From positions 11,408,001 to 11,472,000 of the forward strand of contig CP158635.1 of assembly GCA_050273025.1 (NCBI GenBank): a stretch of DNA of 64,000 bases. Direction: 5' to 3'. Position numbers and translations under genes: made by a program. Each line of letters opens with the position of its first letter. Position 1 is the stretch's first letter. Shown piece after piece: positions 12,972 to 25,909 of this stretch. This stretch comes from Cenococcum geophilum. Taxonomy: Eukaryota. The notes under the pieces were generated by a model. The model saw only the letters and a list, made by a program, of their open reading frames with translations. It made no database searches and was not told the DNA's origin.

Positions 12972-13574
12972 AAATGTTGCGAACTGGGTACTAGGTAGGG
13001 GTTTTGGCGGCGGTCTGGATTTTCATGGGCTCCATGGCGTTGGGGATGGCAAGGTCTTAAGCCTGGGATACAGGATTATTGTGGGCATGACGCAAGCCCA
13101 TTCGTGCTGAGACGATGAAATGAATCTGTTTACAGTAGCAACAAATCTAGTGCAGGCATTGCGGCTTTCGCGAGGCTTTTACACCAAACTATCACCTGCT
13201 CAGATAAAGCCGCATTGCTTTTCCCAAAGAGATGATTGAAGTTGGCGTTTCTTTGACTTTTGCGCTCTGGCGTGCATTCCTCAATGCCCGTCGACCCTTA
13301 TGATTAAGCTCTCTTCCCTGCCCCACCCTGCCCGCAGTGCTATCCATCTCGCAGCCTCAACCTAAAGCCAACTCCCCTTCTCCACTTCTTTGATCGCCTC
13401 CCGCATCCTTATGCTCTCTAATACATCGTTCCGCACTCCAATTCCTATCCACCAACATAGTTATTGCTAGTACTTTGCGCCCGCGCATTCCACAATCGAG
13501 ATTGACCAAGCTCGAAGCTTGCTGCGGCACCTAGGTCAAGCTAGGGCTGGGTACATTCCTTCAAGGTCGCTTCT

Positions 13575-15186
13575 ATGCCGACCCTCGGATTCTTGAAGAA
13601 GAAGAGGACGAAGGACTCGTCGGGTTCCAGAGACTTAGACTCTCAAACGTCTCCTATCAAGGAAACAACATCGCCCGTGACACCCACAGTCTCTAAATCC
13701 ACCTCTGAGTCGCTGTTCGCGAGCAAGTCGCAGGACTCGACTACCGCATCGCAATCCACTCAAGCGTCGACGGCTCCACCAAAGTCCGCCGATCCCATGA
13801 ACCCCTCAGCATACTCCCAGCCGTATGCGACCCCGCAAGCTACTCCAGAACCTTATCAACAGTCTCAATACAACGTCCCTAGCATACAGAACCTCATCCA
13901 CCCGTCCAATACCACCTCTGGCCCTCAATCATACAACCAGCAGGCAAGGCAACAAAAGACCGACTCCGCAAATGGAGGTACCGTAACGCCTAGTGCCTCT
14001 TCCCAAGGGGGCGCACAGTCAGCTGTGAGGTCCACCAAAGGCAAATACACACTCAATGACTTCACAATCCAGAGAACATTGGGAACGGGCAGCTTTGGTA
14101 GAGTACACTTGGTTCAGTCCAAGCATAATCAGCGATATTACGCCGTCAAGGTGCTGAAAAAGGCCCAAGTCGTCAAGATGAAGCAGGTTGAGCACACCAA
14201 TGACGAGCGGCGCATGCTGCAGCAAGTCAAACACCCGTTTCTCATTACCTTGTGGGGAACGTTTCAAGACTCTAAAAACCTATACATGGTTATGGATTTT
14301 GTTGAAGGTGGTGAGCTGTTCAGCCTGTTGCGCAAATCTCAGGTTCGTAATTCAATGCTGGGCGCTCTGGTAACGTCTTGTAAGCTGATTCGCAGTAGCG
14401 TTTTCCTAACCCCGTAGCAAAGTTCTATGCTGCGGAAGTAACTCTGGCGCTCGATTACCTTCACTCAATGAACATAATATATCGCGACTTGAAGCCCGAA
14501 AATTTACTGCTGGATCGCCATGGCCATCTCAAGATCACAGACTTTGGTTTCGCCAAGGAGGTGCCCGATATTACCTGGACATTGTGCGGAACACCAGACT
14601 ATCTTGCTCCCGAAGTGGTTGCATCAAAAGGCTACAATAAGTCTGTCGACTGGTAAGTTCTTGGTCGAGACCCTCGAACGTCACATAAATGACAGCAACT
14701 TACTGTAACACCAGGTGGTCCCTCGGAATCCTCATCTTTGAAATGCTATGTGGGTTTACTCCGTTCTGGGATGGCGGATCACCAATGAAGATTTACGAAA
14801 ACATCTTGAAGGGTCGCGTGAAATATCCCCCTTACATTCACCCTGACGCTCAAGACCTCCTGCAGAAACTCATCACCCCGGATTTGACCAAACGGCTTGG
14901 TAACTTGCATGGTGGGAGCAAGGATGTTATGACACATCCCTGGTTTGCCGAAGTTACCTGGGAGCGGTTGCAAAAGAAAGATATCGATGCACCGTACGTA
15001 CCACCTGTCAGGGCAGGTGTTGGTGATACCAGTCAATTCGATAAGTACCCTGAGGAAACTGAAGCATATGGGCAAATGGGCGATGATCCGTAAGTAACCT
15101 TGTGGTTATACTTTCATACCACCAGCGCTTTCATCCACTAACATTTGGACTGTGATAGACACAAACACCTCTTCATGGAATTCTAG
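13575..15186 (+). CDS. pkaC1: cAMP-dependent protein kinase catalytic subunit
   Basis: [40 protein letters not shown]. Three GT-AG introns. Last exon HKHLFMEF*. Confidence 0.96.
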
Positions 15187-16551
15187 GCTATCCTTCATAG
15201 AGCTAATGCTTGCATGCAAAGGCCCTGTGTGGCGTGTTTTGGCGAAGTTGGAATTGTGTTTGTGATTACTCCGTCTGGAATAAACTCTCTTTTAAAATCA
15301 TACTGCTGGACCAAGCAGATTGAAAGGGGCTGCAGGAGAGTTGTGAAGGTTTCTGTGATATGGTTCAAGCTCTACACAATAGAGCAGCAAAATGGTGGGT
15401 CAGGGTGGGCTTTACTATCATGACTTTCTTACTTCTAGGGGCTGGTGGACAGTGGATAGGCTTGCTGGGGACCTGGTTCCTGGATTCATCGGTAGGTGGA
15501 ATGCTGTTATCGCTTGATGGACTTCTAACACAGCTATGTTGACTCTCGACCATTACCATTACAGTAATGGAGCGGACAATATGGACTTTACCTACTTAGC
15601 CTCTTCGTCTCTGTACGTGTAGCAATGATTTTAACGTCTCGTTACGTAGGCTATTAAACATTGCGGCGGCCGCGGAGACAAAAGAAAACTAAATCTCCCC
15701 CAATTATATCCCTTGTAACGCCAGAATTCGTCCACACGTTATTGATAAGGACCAGCCAATAAAATCAATACTGTTACGTGGCTTATAGGATATACTACGG
15801 TGGCTCAGTAAATGGGCTGGGTATATATGTAGACAAGTCTTAACAAGATTAACTAGTGGAGTATTTGCCCAACAGATTAACTCTGATTATATTCTAAGAA
15901 TCACTACAAAGAGAACTATCTACGGTAGGGACCTCGGGTCCTTAAATGCACAACCGTACGCCTAAGAAATCCCTTTGTACGTAATATACGCGTTACATAT
16001 ATTATGCGTACGTATAATCCATATCTCGCATATACTGCGTATATCATTATATAACGCTCTATAACTCGCCTACCACTCATTACATAGTTCTACTAGTATA
16101 GGATTACCATATTTAAAAGTATATATACTAAACCTTATTTATTGGTTATATCTTAGTAGTTAAAGACGGTAAGCGAAAGCCCTATATACTAAATCCTATA
16201 CTAAAGGTTCTATAGAACTATATTAGGAATATTAAATTACCTATAATACTTATAATTAATTATAGACTATAAAAACCCTTAGGTTAACTTAGATAGTCAC
16301 CGCTATATATCTAGTAGGCCTCTAATAGGTCTTCTAGTAATTCTTATATCTTTTCCTCTAGCTATATTTTTCCTTATTAAGGTTTTTTTAGGGGTTTAGA
16401 GTAGGGGTTAGATAGCTAGATTATATATATACGGCGGTAGACTAATAAATATCTCTCTAAACCCCTTCTAAGACGAGCCTTTAATAATAATTTCCCTCTC
16501 TATTATAAGATAATAGCGATTGGGGGCCGATCGCAAGAAGGGAGGGGGTAC

Positions 16552-16884
16552 TGTAAAGGATATTATCAGGGTTACCTTGGGCTGCCCTTATGGCAACCTG
16601 TCGATCAGGTAGCAATGACGTAACAGTTTCAAATCGTCGTCAGTATCGACGTCAGTCTTTCGCTACCTCATGTATATTAGGGCTCCTAGAGTCACCTTGA
16701 ATAGACAGACTTCTCATTCTTGATTTTGCGATCGACACAACCCTCGGATACCCCTTAGATGGTCGTCAGTTACGTGCCAAAGGCAAGTGCCTATAGTATA
16801 TAGTCTCCTCGATCCTAGAGGCCTTACCCCCTTAAGGATTCGCCTCCCCTATAACCTACCTTATTCCTACGATCACGCTTCACA
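16552..16884 (+). mobile_element. Probable 3' LTR with upstream polypurine tract, within a RIP-degraded block (~15700-17700)
   Basis: AAGAAGGGAGGGGGTAC immediately precedes TGTAAAG...TTCACA. TpA-rich degraded sequence on both sides. Confidence 0.6.
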
Positions 16885-17402
16885 GCTCCCTGCCTGCAAA
16901 GTCCCCTTATATTAACTCTAAACGGCCGTCGTACTAAAAAGCGGTATAAATTATCTGTGTAAGATCCTTTCTATTAGATCCCTCTATAATAAAATTATAA
17001 TCCTACTTTTATAGAGGCGTTTAAAAGGCTTAGATAAGCCTCTTCCTAAGCCTTATTTATAGGAATATTTATTAGAAAACTGAATACGTCTCTAAAGGAA
17101 TCCCTTACACTTTTAAGCTTAAAGATACCTTAATTAAGCTACCGCTACCGCTGGCGATAGCTTTAGTTTCTTCTTAGCGAACTACTTTATCCCTTGCATT
17201 GGTAATATAGTATTTTTAAATAGACGTTATAAAGTTTTATGCTAAACGGTAACCCTTATAACCTTATACTTAAGAGCTGCGTAGTCGGTTTAATGATTCT
17301 TACGTGTAATTTAAAGAAGTAGACGCTTCCAGCGTTGAGTAAGCTTTTTAGGCTGTCTAGGTCTTAGTAGAGATTTAAGCATCGATCGATTGTATTATAA
17401 AC

Positions 17403-17543
17403 CAGTGATATATTTGGAGTGGAGCGCCAGTTTACGTTTATCAGTTGTAGGTTTAGCGCTTTCCTGTGGTTGATAAACGTAAACTGGCGCTCCAACGGCG
17501 CTCCACGCCGGATCCACGCCGCTCCAGTCCAAATAGACCACTG
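17403..17543. mobile_element. Small hAT-like MITE with internal hairpin
   Basis: Ends CAGTGATATATTTGGA / TCCAAATAGACCACTG resemble the TIRs of the 6426-7549 element. Perfect 24-bp inverted repeat 17420-17443 / 17471-17494. No clean TSD. Confidence 0.65.
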
Positions 17544-19076
17544 TAATATAGGTAACGCGACGACTAACGCGGTATCTAGCCGCGATTTTAGTCTTCTCCT
17601 CCTCTACTTCTACTGCACTAAGGATTCCAGCTCTTTATATATCTGAAAGCTCTACTCTCGGCCTTCGATTTCCACTAATTTCCGTGCCAAACGAGCGTTG
17701 TATTGTAATGTAGTAAATAATTGAATTTGATGACGGTATTGCGATCGTGTGGTGTTTGCTCGCGTGTGCACAGACCAATATATTGGCACTGTATCTAGAA
17801 ATATATACAATTAGAATAGATTAAATTTCACCCTTTTGTAACCGATAAATCTCCGCGTCTATATCCAAATCTGATTCTTCTGATCCTTGATAGAAAGCAC
17901 TGGCAACGGCAGAAAGAAGAAAGAAGAAAGCAGAAAGCAGAAAGGTGGCCGAAAAGATCATTCACTTGGAGGAACAGGCCCAGAGGATGCTACACGTAAT
18001 TCAGCAAGAACGCGAGGAACAACAGATCGTCCTTAAAACCGCGCAGAAGGAGCTTCAACAGGTCAAGACAAATAGACTGCGCTGGATTCGAGGGACTCCA
18101 TTAGGTGTCTGGATTAGTTGTTCACAATGGCTACAAAGGAGAAGTGATATACAATATACAACAGCTGGTTTCCCTTGACCGTACGTCGTCCAGCTACGTT
18201 TGCACCCCGAGCCCTAAGCCTAGCCCGTTGCAATTCTGGCTTCGCGAGTAGTGCTAGCGGCTACTGAAATGTAATTTTATCTGACAACTGAACCCGATCG
18301 ATCACACAGCAAGTTCCACATCCCAAGGATGTTCACTGCCGGGGATCTCGATGACTGTTTGTGCAGGCCTGGTTGGAGGCAGCTGAACTGTGACGGGGGC
18401 GATAGGAAAGGACTAGGAGTGCGGCGAGCCACTGTAACGTCATGAAAAGTATTAGTGGCTTTTCTCTACGTAGGGGGATTATCGACTTAAGCGTCTTACC
18501 TTGTAGCTTAAAACCGTCTCGTCCGGCTCCGTGGTTCTAGTTTGCGTTCTCGGACCTGTACCATTGCCTGAGAAGTGCAAGAATGACAACACCGACGTCT
18601 GCTCCAATCAAGAGATACAGGATTTCCTGTGAGATAAGAGCGTCACTACAACAGAGTTGCGCTGTGAGACAGGCACATGAAAAGGGCTATCTGGACCCTC
18701 CCTGGCGAAAATTGACGAGCGGTTGGATTCAACGTAGTAAAGGCTGTCAGCCTGTCCCACACGAAATAAGTTCTGGTAAACTTACAAGGCCCAGTGCCAG
18801 TGCCTTGGTACTATCGGCACTATCGCTTAACCCGTTGAAATTGATCCTCATGTTATCGATAAGAGTCCGCCAATTAGGTTAGCTGAATTTAATGACTATA
18901 CTGGGAAATACAAAGCTATTGATTTCATAGTAAATTAATATATACGCTCAACCTTTGGAGTTGAGTCGCTCAATATCAGGTCTCCATAAATCGTCGTTCC
19001 TGCGGAATGGTATTTTACAAATACTGATGGTGGTGTAACTAATGGTTGAATTCTATATAGAGCACGCGTAGTCTTA

Positions 19077-19413
19077 CAGTCAAATCTCTTTAGTACGATA
19101 TTGGGTATATAACGATATCATTTGTATTACGATTTACACCCCTTGATCAAACCTTTTTTGGTGTAATATTACGATAATCTGACTTTTGACGATATCATTA
19201 GCACTTACCACCAATATCGGTATAACCAGTAGAGAATTTGTATGGAAGAGGGCCCTATTTGGCCCGCGAGGTAGACATCCTAAGCCTTTTTAGGTATTAA
19301 ACCCCACATTTTTCTGCTTATTCACCCCACACGTGACTCTTTATATAACAATACCATTGGTATTACGATACGCTCGGCCGAACAAACCGTATCGTACTAA
19401 AGAGATTTGACTG
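19077..19413. mobile_element. MITE, TA TSD, ~24-bp TIR (family also at 53123)
   Basis: TA|CAGTCAAATCTCTTTAGTACGATA ... TATCGTACTAAAGAGATTTGACTG|TA. Confidence 0.9.
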
Positions 19414-19533
19414 TAGTTCCGGTGTTGCGCACAGACCACTTCCTCTGAGGATCTCGACGGGTTAAGAGCAGTAATAGCCTCTTTGGGCATGCAGAGGAGC
19501 ACCGTCACTCGGACCTGCCTAGTATTTCAATAT

Positions 19534-22187
19534 TCAACATTCCTCGACGGCCGGGCTTTTTACGCCAGGCTCGTTGATTTGGTCCTGTTGGAACAATGGG
19601 GCGGCTAAAGAAAAGAAAACCGTTAGCAGTTGCGAAAGCAGAAGCAGGGGGACCGCATACTCTGACCCAGTGTAGAGAGCGTGAAGCTTACTTCCGCAGG
19701 CTGTTTCACGATACTCGTGCTTTCGCTGTCTATCTGAATAAACCAAGCTAGAGAGTCCGCAGCGGCGAGAGAGCCTGAGGCAATATCTACCACCATCCGC
19801 ATGTCAGACGCTAATGAACGACTTCAGGATCTGCGAAAGAGTTTGCGTACTTTCAAAACAGACTGAGACCGAATGCAATTTATTAAGAAGGATCAAGCGA
19901 TACATGCCAGTAGTCGGATTTCGAATGACGCTCATTCCGGCATCGGTGAGATAGAAGTCACGAACCATAAGATCGCCGATAGGTCTGACACATTTGACTG
20001 AGCACTTTGTTCCTTGTTTACTTGATGCGGGTGGAGTGACGAACCTCTGATATACGACTTGTTCTCCCAACCGTGGATATTGGAGGTATAGGATGAAGAG
20101 CTCTCGCTGCATTGCTTTAATTCTGTCTACAAACTCTTCCACTGCTACAATCCACGTAAGTATGCCAAAGGCCACCGCTAGTGTGGGGCGACAAACCTAA
20201 CATCGATAGGAACTCCAGCTCAAGTGCAGAGCACTTGATTTGTTGGACTGATTCCGCTCCGTCGTGGTCACCCTCAGCAACGCATAGGACGTCACCGAGA
20301 TTGGCGACTTGAGGATTGTCTCCACGCTTGATTGGCGTATCGTATTCGACTGTGTCAATAGTTAGTGTGCTGTAGCAATCAAGGATCTGCAAGGGAATAT
20401 CTGAAGATCAACCAGGATCCAACGAGCATTTGAATAAGTCAGATACTGTCGAACGATTGGCGCTAGATGCAGGCTGGCCAGAATAAACGAGTATAGTGCT
20501 GTTCAAAGTTCAAACTGGGTTGGATTTAAACGCTCGGTGGATTCTGGGCGATACCCAGAAAATTTCCTGGCAGACACCTGAGGGTAACAATGATAATGAG
20601 GTTTTACTCTGTACGAAGTATCGCGTCGCACTGGAAGACGACGGGTTGCAGTGAAGGACAAGCTCAGCATATTGTTGATAGATGATGCCAGTGCACGCCT
20701 CATGCAAAGTACTGCGAAGGTATCTCGTTGGGAGTGACTTGAAGTGGAGCAGTTGAAACGACTCAACTCGGCCTTGAGTGAAATGGTGTCCGTTCGCGAC
20801 GAAGCGAAGGCTCAAGAGGCTGTCGATGAGATCGCTTACGTCTCTGTACAAAGATTCTCAGCTTTAAGAGTAGATTGGAATTGTCTACGATTATTTACGT
20901 CTTCATGGCGAGGATCGACATAGACTCCTCACCAAAATTGGTACGTGAGGGATGAAGTAGCATGGAGCTGAGGCCCTGTTTCGCGTGATGTGCCGCCTGA
21001 AGAGCGGCGAGCTCATTGGCATAGTTCTCAAGACGGGCCAAGTCTAAAGGACGTAAGCTGAATGGTTTGGGTTTCTTCGGACTTAGGTGTACCTGTGGGA
21101 GCTAATTTCGTGATGTAGACTAACATAGGAACATTCGAGGTTGGTGAAGCTGCGTATATCTGGTATTCTCTATGACCATGCGGCTCAGCAGAGCAAATGA
21201 GAAAGCTGACTGGCAACACTAGCTGAAGGTCAGCGCTGACTAAAGAATGGCGGGGCGGAGGTTAATTACAAGAAAACCGAAGCTGCCATGAGTGCGGTCG
21301 TACATTGCCACGCATAGCTGAGTTTGACAGAGACGTGGATGGGGCACAGCAACAGCCAAGTATGGTTCGACCGCCGGCATCTTTGTCATCTAGCGTCTGC
21401 AGATCATTAAGTGACCCTTTAGGGCAGAGGAGTACGCGCTGAGTTGAGCCCGGTAACTGAGCATAGACTACAAAGTTCAAAGACCGTGCAGACATCCCAT
21501 CTGATGATTCAGTCTCTCGAGTTTCTGAGGCGTAGGCGGCTCGGCAGCCTTTAAGATTTGCTGCGAACCACTGGTAAATTTCGTCCAGCTGCGTGTGCAT
21601 TGTGTCGACTCGCTCGTGCACAATCTTGCCATGATGGCTAATTCCGCGATGTTAGGACAGCATTGTTCCTGCTGATTCCATGAGGGCAAATCTCACCGGT
21701 TGAGAGCTGATAACGCAAGATCGAGCCCGTTTATCTGTGCGTTGAGCATTGTCTTCAACTTCTCCAGACCTCCGCCTTCAGTTGTCCAGCGGAGCTTTTT
21801 CCAGTTTTTACGAACCTCCTCTTTCCACCTCTCTCCTATTCGTGCGCTTGCCTCGACCGGATTACCGCTGTCTAGCTCCATGTACTTGCCCACAAACCCC
21901 TCTAAATAGGTCAATGTGCTTCGACAATTGGCAACGATGTGGACTAAGATGGTGTCTCCATCCTCGGCCATGTTTGGCTTGCCCTCACTCTGAAGGAGTC
22001 CATTCTCTGACCGCTCGGGCAAATCTCGGGCGAGCAACTTCAGAGACTCGCTTAGAGTGTAGAGAAGATTTTGGACCTCCACGAACTCTGCTGGAGCTGA
22101 GTTCCGTCCCGAAGTGAAGGCTCGTCCCAGAGTATAAGCAATCTTTGCTAACATGAGGGCATCGCCAATAGAAATTGAGAATACCAT
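19534..22187 (-). CDS. Multi-exon protein with a fungal HeLo-like/SesA-type N-terminal helical domain and an unrecognised C-terminal region
   Basis: Exon 1: MVFSISIGDALMLAKIAY...SAPAEFVEV...NCRSTL...WKKLRWT...LSALNR. Downstream ORF pieces (21621, 21219, 20851, 20392, 20175, 19746) join in frame via GT-AG introns with plausible branch sites, ending SPAVEEC*. Confidence 0.7.
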
Positions 22188-22607
22188 CGTGAATATCGAG
22201 AACCGAAAAGAATCTTAGTGTGCAATATGCGACTAGAACGCTTGAGAGCACTTGGACACCGCCGAGGGATAGGATGACTGATTGGAAGACTTTTGAAATC
22301 CAGACTAGCCTGTCAAACTAGGGTCCGTGCACCTTTGTCGATACCGTGACACCACTCGTTATCGAAAAATATCAAACAAAGTCGCTGGCTCTGGAAAGTG
22401 CTGGGAAGACCAAAGGAATAAGAAAATGGCGCAGAGTAGTAACGGGCTGAGCCCCTGAAAAGCAGGCACTCTTTCACGGGCCTGTGCAAGGCGCCTGCGA
22501 ACCACTTTGAGGAGGCAACGAGGCGCAGCAAAGTGGAATTCTCATAAGTATGTTTGCCCACCGCAGGCGGACGCATCCAGAAAACTGTACCGTTCCGTCT
22601 CCCGACC

Positions 22608-25600
22608 ATGGCGCTTGCGTCATATCGTGAAGGGCTGAACTTTGAGCGTCTTCCCTCTGGCATTTTCTTCAATGAACTTCGAGCTGCCTTTGTTGACCGA
22701 CCGGAGCCCACGGAAAATCTTGGCCCCAGCAATTCCGCTCCCTTTCCGACCTTCCGAGCTTCGCGTGCACCGGCACCGACAACAACAAAGGAGCCAGGGG
22801 TTCTGCGCTGCCTCCCGCTACTCGAGGTTTTTGTTGATGTCTCTGTAACTTCAACAGTAGCGAGAAGTAGCCTAACACAAACCTTCTCCAACCCTTCCGA
22901 CATTGCCATCAAGGAAGCTAGCTACACTTTTCCGCTATATGATGGGGTTGCTGTTACAGCCTTCCGTTGCTATATCGGCAAAGAAAAGGCCCTTGAGGGC
23001 CGAATCAAGCCCAAGGAGGAGGCGAAAGCGGAGTTCAACAAGGCAATCGTGGACCAACAGGTCGCTGCGTTGCTTGAAGAGCATACACCAGAAGTGTTCG
23101 AGACACGTTTGGGCAACATCCCTCCTTGGACAACCGTGAAGGTTGAAATTACCTACATTAATGAGCTCAAAGCAGACATTGGAGGCGAAGGAGTCTTACT
23201 GACAATTCCTACCTCCGTTGCGCCGAGGTATGGTGCACCACCATCTGGACTCTCGCCCGACACAACTCTGGGCGGAAAAGGACTCCGGATCACTGTTGAT
23301 GTGACTGCAACGATACCTATCCGCAAGCTGGAAAGTCGTACGCATCCCATCTCTGTTGAGATAGGGGCTGCACGCTCGTCATTACCCGCGCCTACGTTTG
23401 CCTCGCTTGCTTCTGCGCCCACGGATATAGAATATGATCCCAAAAAGGCTCGCGCAACTCTTTCGGATCGTACAGCGACGCTTGGACGAGACTTTGTCCT
23501 TCTGATCCTTGCAGAAAGCTCCACGCTCGTGGCATCTCGCGCCCTTCTTGAAAAGCAGCCAGGTCACTCGGCCATAATGGTCACGTTATGCCCCAAAGAT
23601 CTCTTCTCATCCCACATATCTACGGCAGAATTTTCAGGTGAAATCATTTTTGTGGCTGATCGCTCAGGATCCATGGGTGGTCGAAAAATCGAGATGTTGC
23701 GTGACGCGTTGGCTGTGTTCCTAAAGAGTTTACCTGAGCGGTCCCACTTCAACATTTACTCCTTTGGCTCCACTTTCTCCTCGCTCTGGGAGAAGTCGCA
23801 ACCGTACTCTCAGGATAGCCTTGACTCTGCCACACAGCACGTGGGCCAATTTTTTCTTGCTAACATGGGCGGGACCGAGCTTTTGCCGGCCTTGCAGCAG
23901 GCAGTACAAAGACGAGTGGATAACTTGACGACTCAAATAATCCTACTTACCGATGGCGAGGTCTGGAACACCGAACGGACGCTGCAATTCATTCAGCAAA
24001 CTCGAACAGTGTCCAAGGGAGCCGTTCGTTTCTTCGCGCTTGGTATTGGCGATGCCGTTTCTCACCGTCTCGTAGAGGGCATTGGGCGAGATGGTGGGGG
24101 ATTTTCCGAGATAGTTGCCATCGATGCACAGGGTCGCTGGGAATCGAGGGTAATTCAAATGCTGAAAGGAGCCCTTATGCCCGCGAGCTGGGAATGTGAG
24201 GTACATTACTCCGGAGAAGGATTAGCAACTCAGACTGTGCCTCAAGCGACCGCTAGTGTTTTTGCTGACCCATTTGCGGTTTGTCCTTCTCGACCGACAT
24301 ATATTCAGGCACCATTTCGCATTCCTCCCTTGCACCCATTCGCTCGCTCCTCCGTCTTCTCCCTTTTCGATAACGACAACAGCCCTGATATGGAATCAAT
24401 TACTATCAAAGGCGTCACACCCAATCATCCCGTTGTCTACGCCAAGTTGATCGTGGAAGTTTGCGAGCCTACATTTCCAACCATCCACTATCTCGCGGCA
24501 AGGGCGGCGATGATGGACTTGGAGAGCGGTAAAAGCTGGCTTCACTCATCCCAAGCCGTGGGTGGCGAGGTCCCAGGATCGAGCTCTTTGGATACGTCTG
24601 TGAAGGCCGAAGCTGAACGCATTGGGATACAATGGTCCGTGACGGGAAAATGGACCAGTTTCGTGGCAGTTGAGGAGACCGACCATGTCACTACCCTCAC
24701 AAGACGCTACAAGCCTAGGCGCTCCGAACTAGTGGACTTGACAAGACCTTGGGGCGTAAAGCGCGCGCGTGATGACGACCTTCACCTCCCTAATATGAGC
24801 CCTCCCCCATGCTCTAAAAGGCCTTCCTTGTTCACACACTCTATATGGTCTTTCCCCCCCCCACACTCTACAAGGTCTTCCCCCCCCCACACTCTAAAAT
24901 ATCTCTCTCTCTCAACTGCCCTACAAAGCCTCCCGCTCCTCCACTCCCTGAAGAGTCTTTCAGTCTTCCTAAAATGCATGGATATTCACTTTCACTTTTG
25001 ACTCCACCAGAGGTAACATTTGGCCTGACTTACCCGGATCGAATGCAGAACGCGTCTGCGGAAATTATCAGTCAAGCACAGCAGGATGGAGAAGTTAGCA
25101 CGAGTTCAGGTGGGCAGTTTAACGACCTTGAAAACTACCTTCAGGAAGAAGAGGACCCATGGACACTGCGTGCACCCCTCGATCTGCCGGCTCAACAACA
25201 ATCATTCGAGTATATACCGCGCTGTGAGGATTTTTCTAATTGTGCGGTAGGCAGTTTGAATTCGCCGACCTTTAAAAACTCGATAAGCGGCGATTTCGAT
25301 ACCTGTGGAACACTCTCCTCTGTCGTTTCCGAGCGGTCACTCCAGGGGCGTACAGACTGTGCCAGAGCAGTCATAGTCTCTGACCTTATCAAATATCAAG
25401 ACTATCGCGGCGCGTTTTCCCTTGGTGGAGATTTTGCTTCTACGAGGACTGTGGTAATGGCCAAGTTCTCTTCATTGTCTACAGCTCAACTCCGTGAAAT
25501 TGTGGAAGCAAAGCCATCTTTCTCAAAGTCTGTCATTGAAGGGAGATTGGACCATAGGCTCTTTGATACATTGATCGCCATCGCTTACATTCGCACACAA

Positions 25601-25909
25601 TTCCCTGAGTTAAGGGAGTTATGGGAGCTTGTGATTCAAAAGGCCGAGATATACGTGGACCAATTCTTCCACGACAAAAAAGACTGGGAGCAAGTTATCA
25701 CTTGGCTCCAGGAAATGCAGGAGGCCCCGCAGGCCGAAGGGCCCGCTATAAAGGGTGGTGTCGTTAAGAATGACATGCCCCGCAACAACTCACCCGCGGA
25801 GTATGTCTCCACCACTTCCACCGCGCTCGTTGTCAAGAGGTTTCCCCTTTTACTAACTCAACCCGTAGTCCAAACCGCTTTACTTGCCCCCACACTAAAT
25901 GCAATATAA
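22608..25909 (+). CDS. VIT-vWA domain protein (VWA5A-like), frameshifted near 24880
   Basis: VIT motifs LTQTFSNP, YTFPLYDG, ALLEEHTPEVF. vWA MIDAS DRSGSM, GGTE, LLTDG. C-terminal module LIKYQDYRGAF...WELVIQKA lies in a second frame. Confidence 0.88.

Noticed and set aside
15714..16084. Solo LTR (TGTAAC...TTACA)
   Set aside because: No TSD, and similarity to the 18.8-kb and 41.1-kb motif copies extends upstream of the TG, so the boundary is unsupported.
17945..18178. Coiled-coil-like short ORF
   Set aside because: No ATG start at the annotated position, no recognisable domain, TE-rich context.
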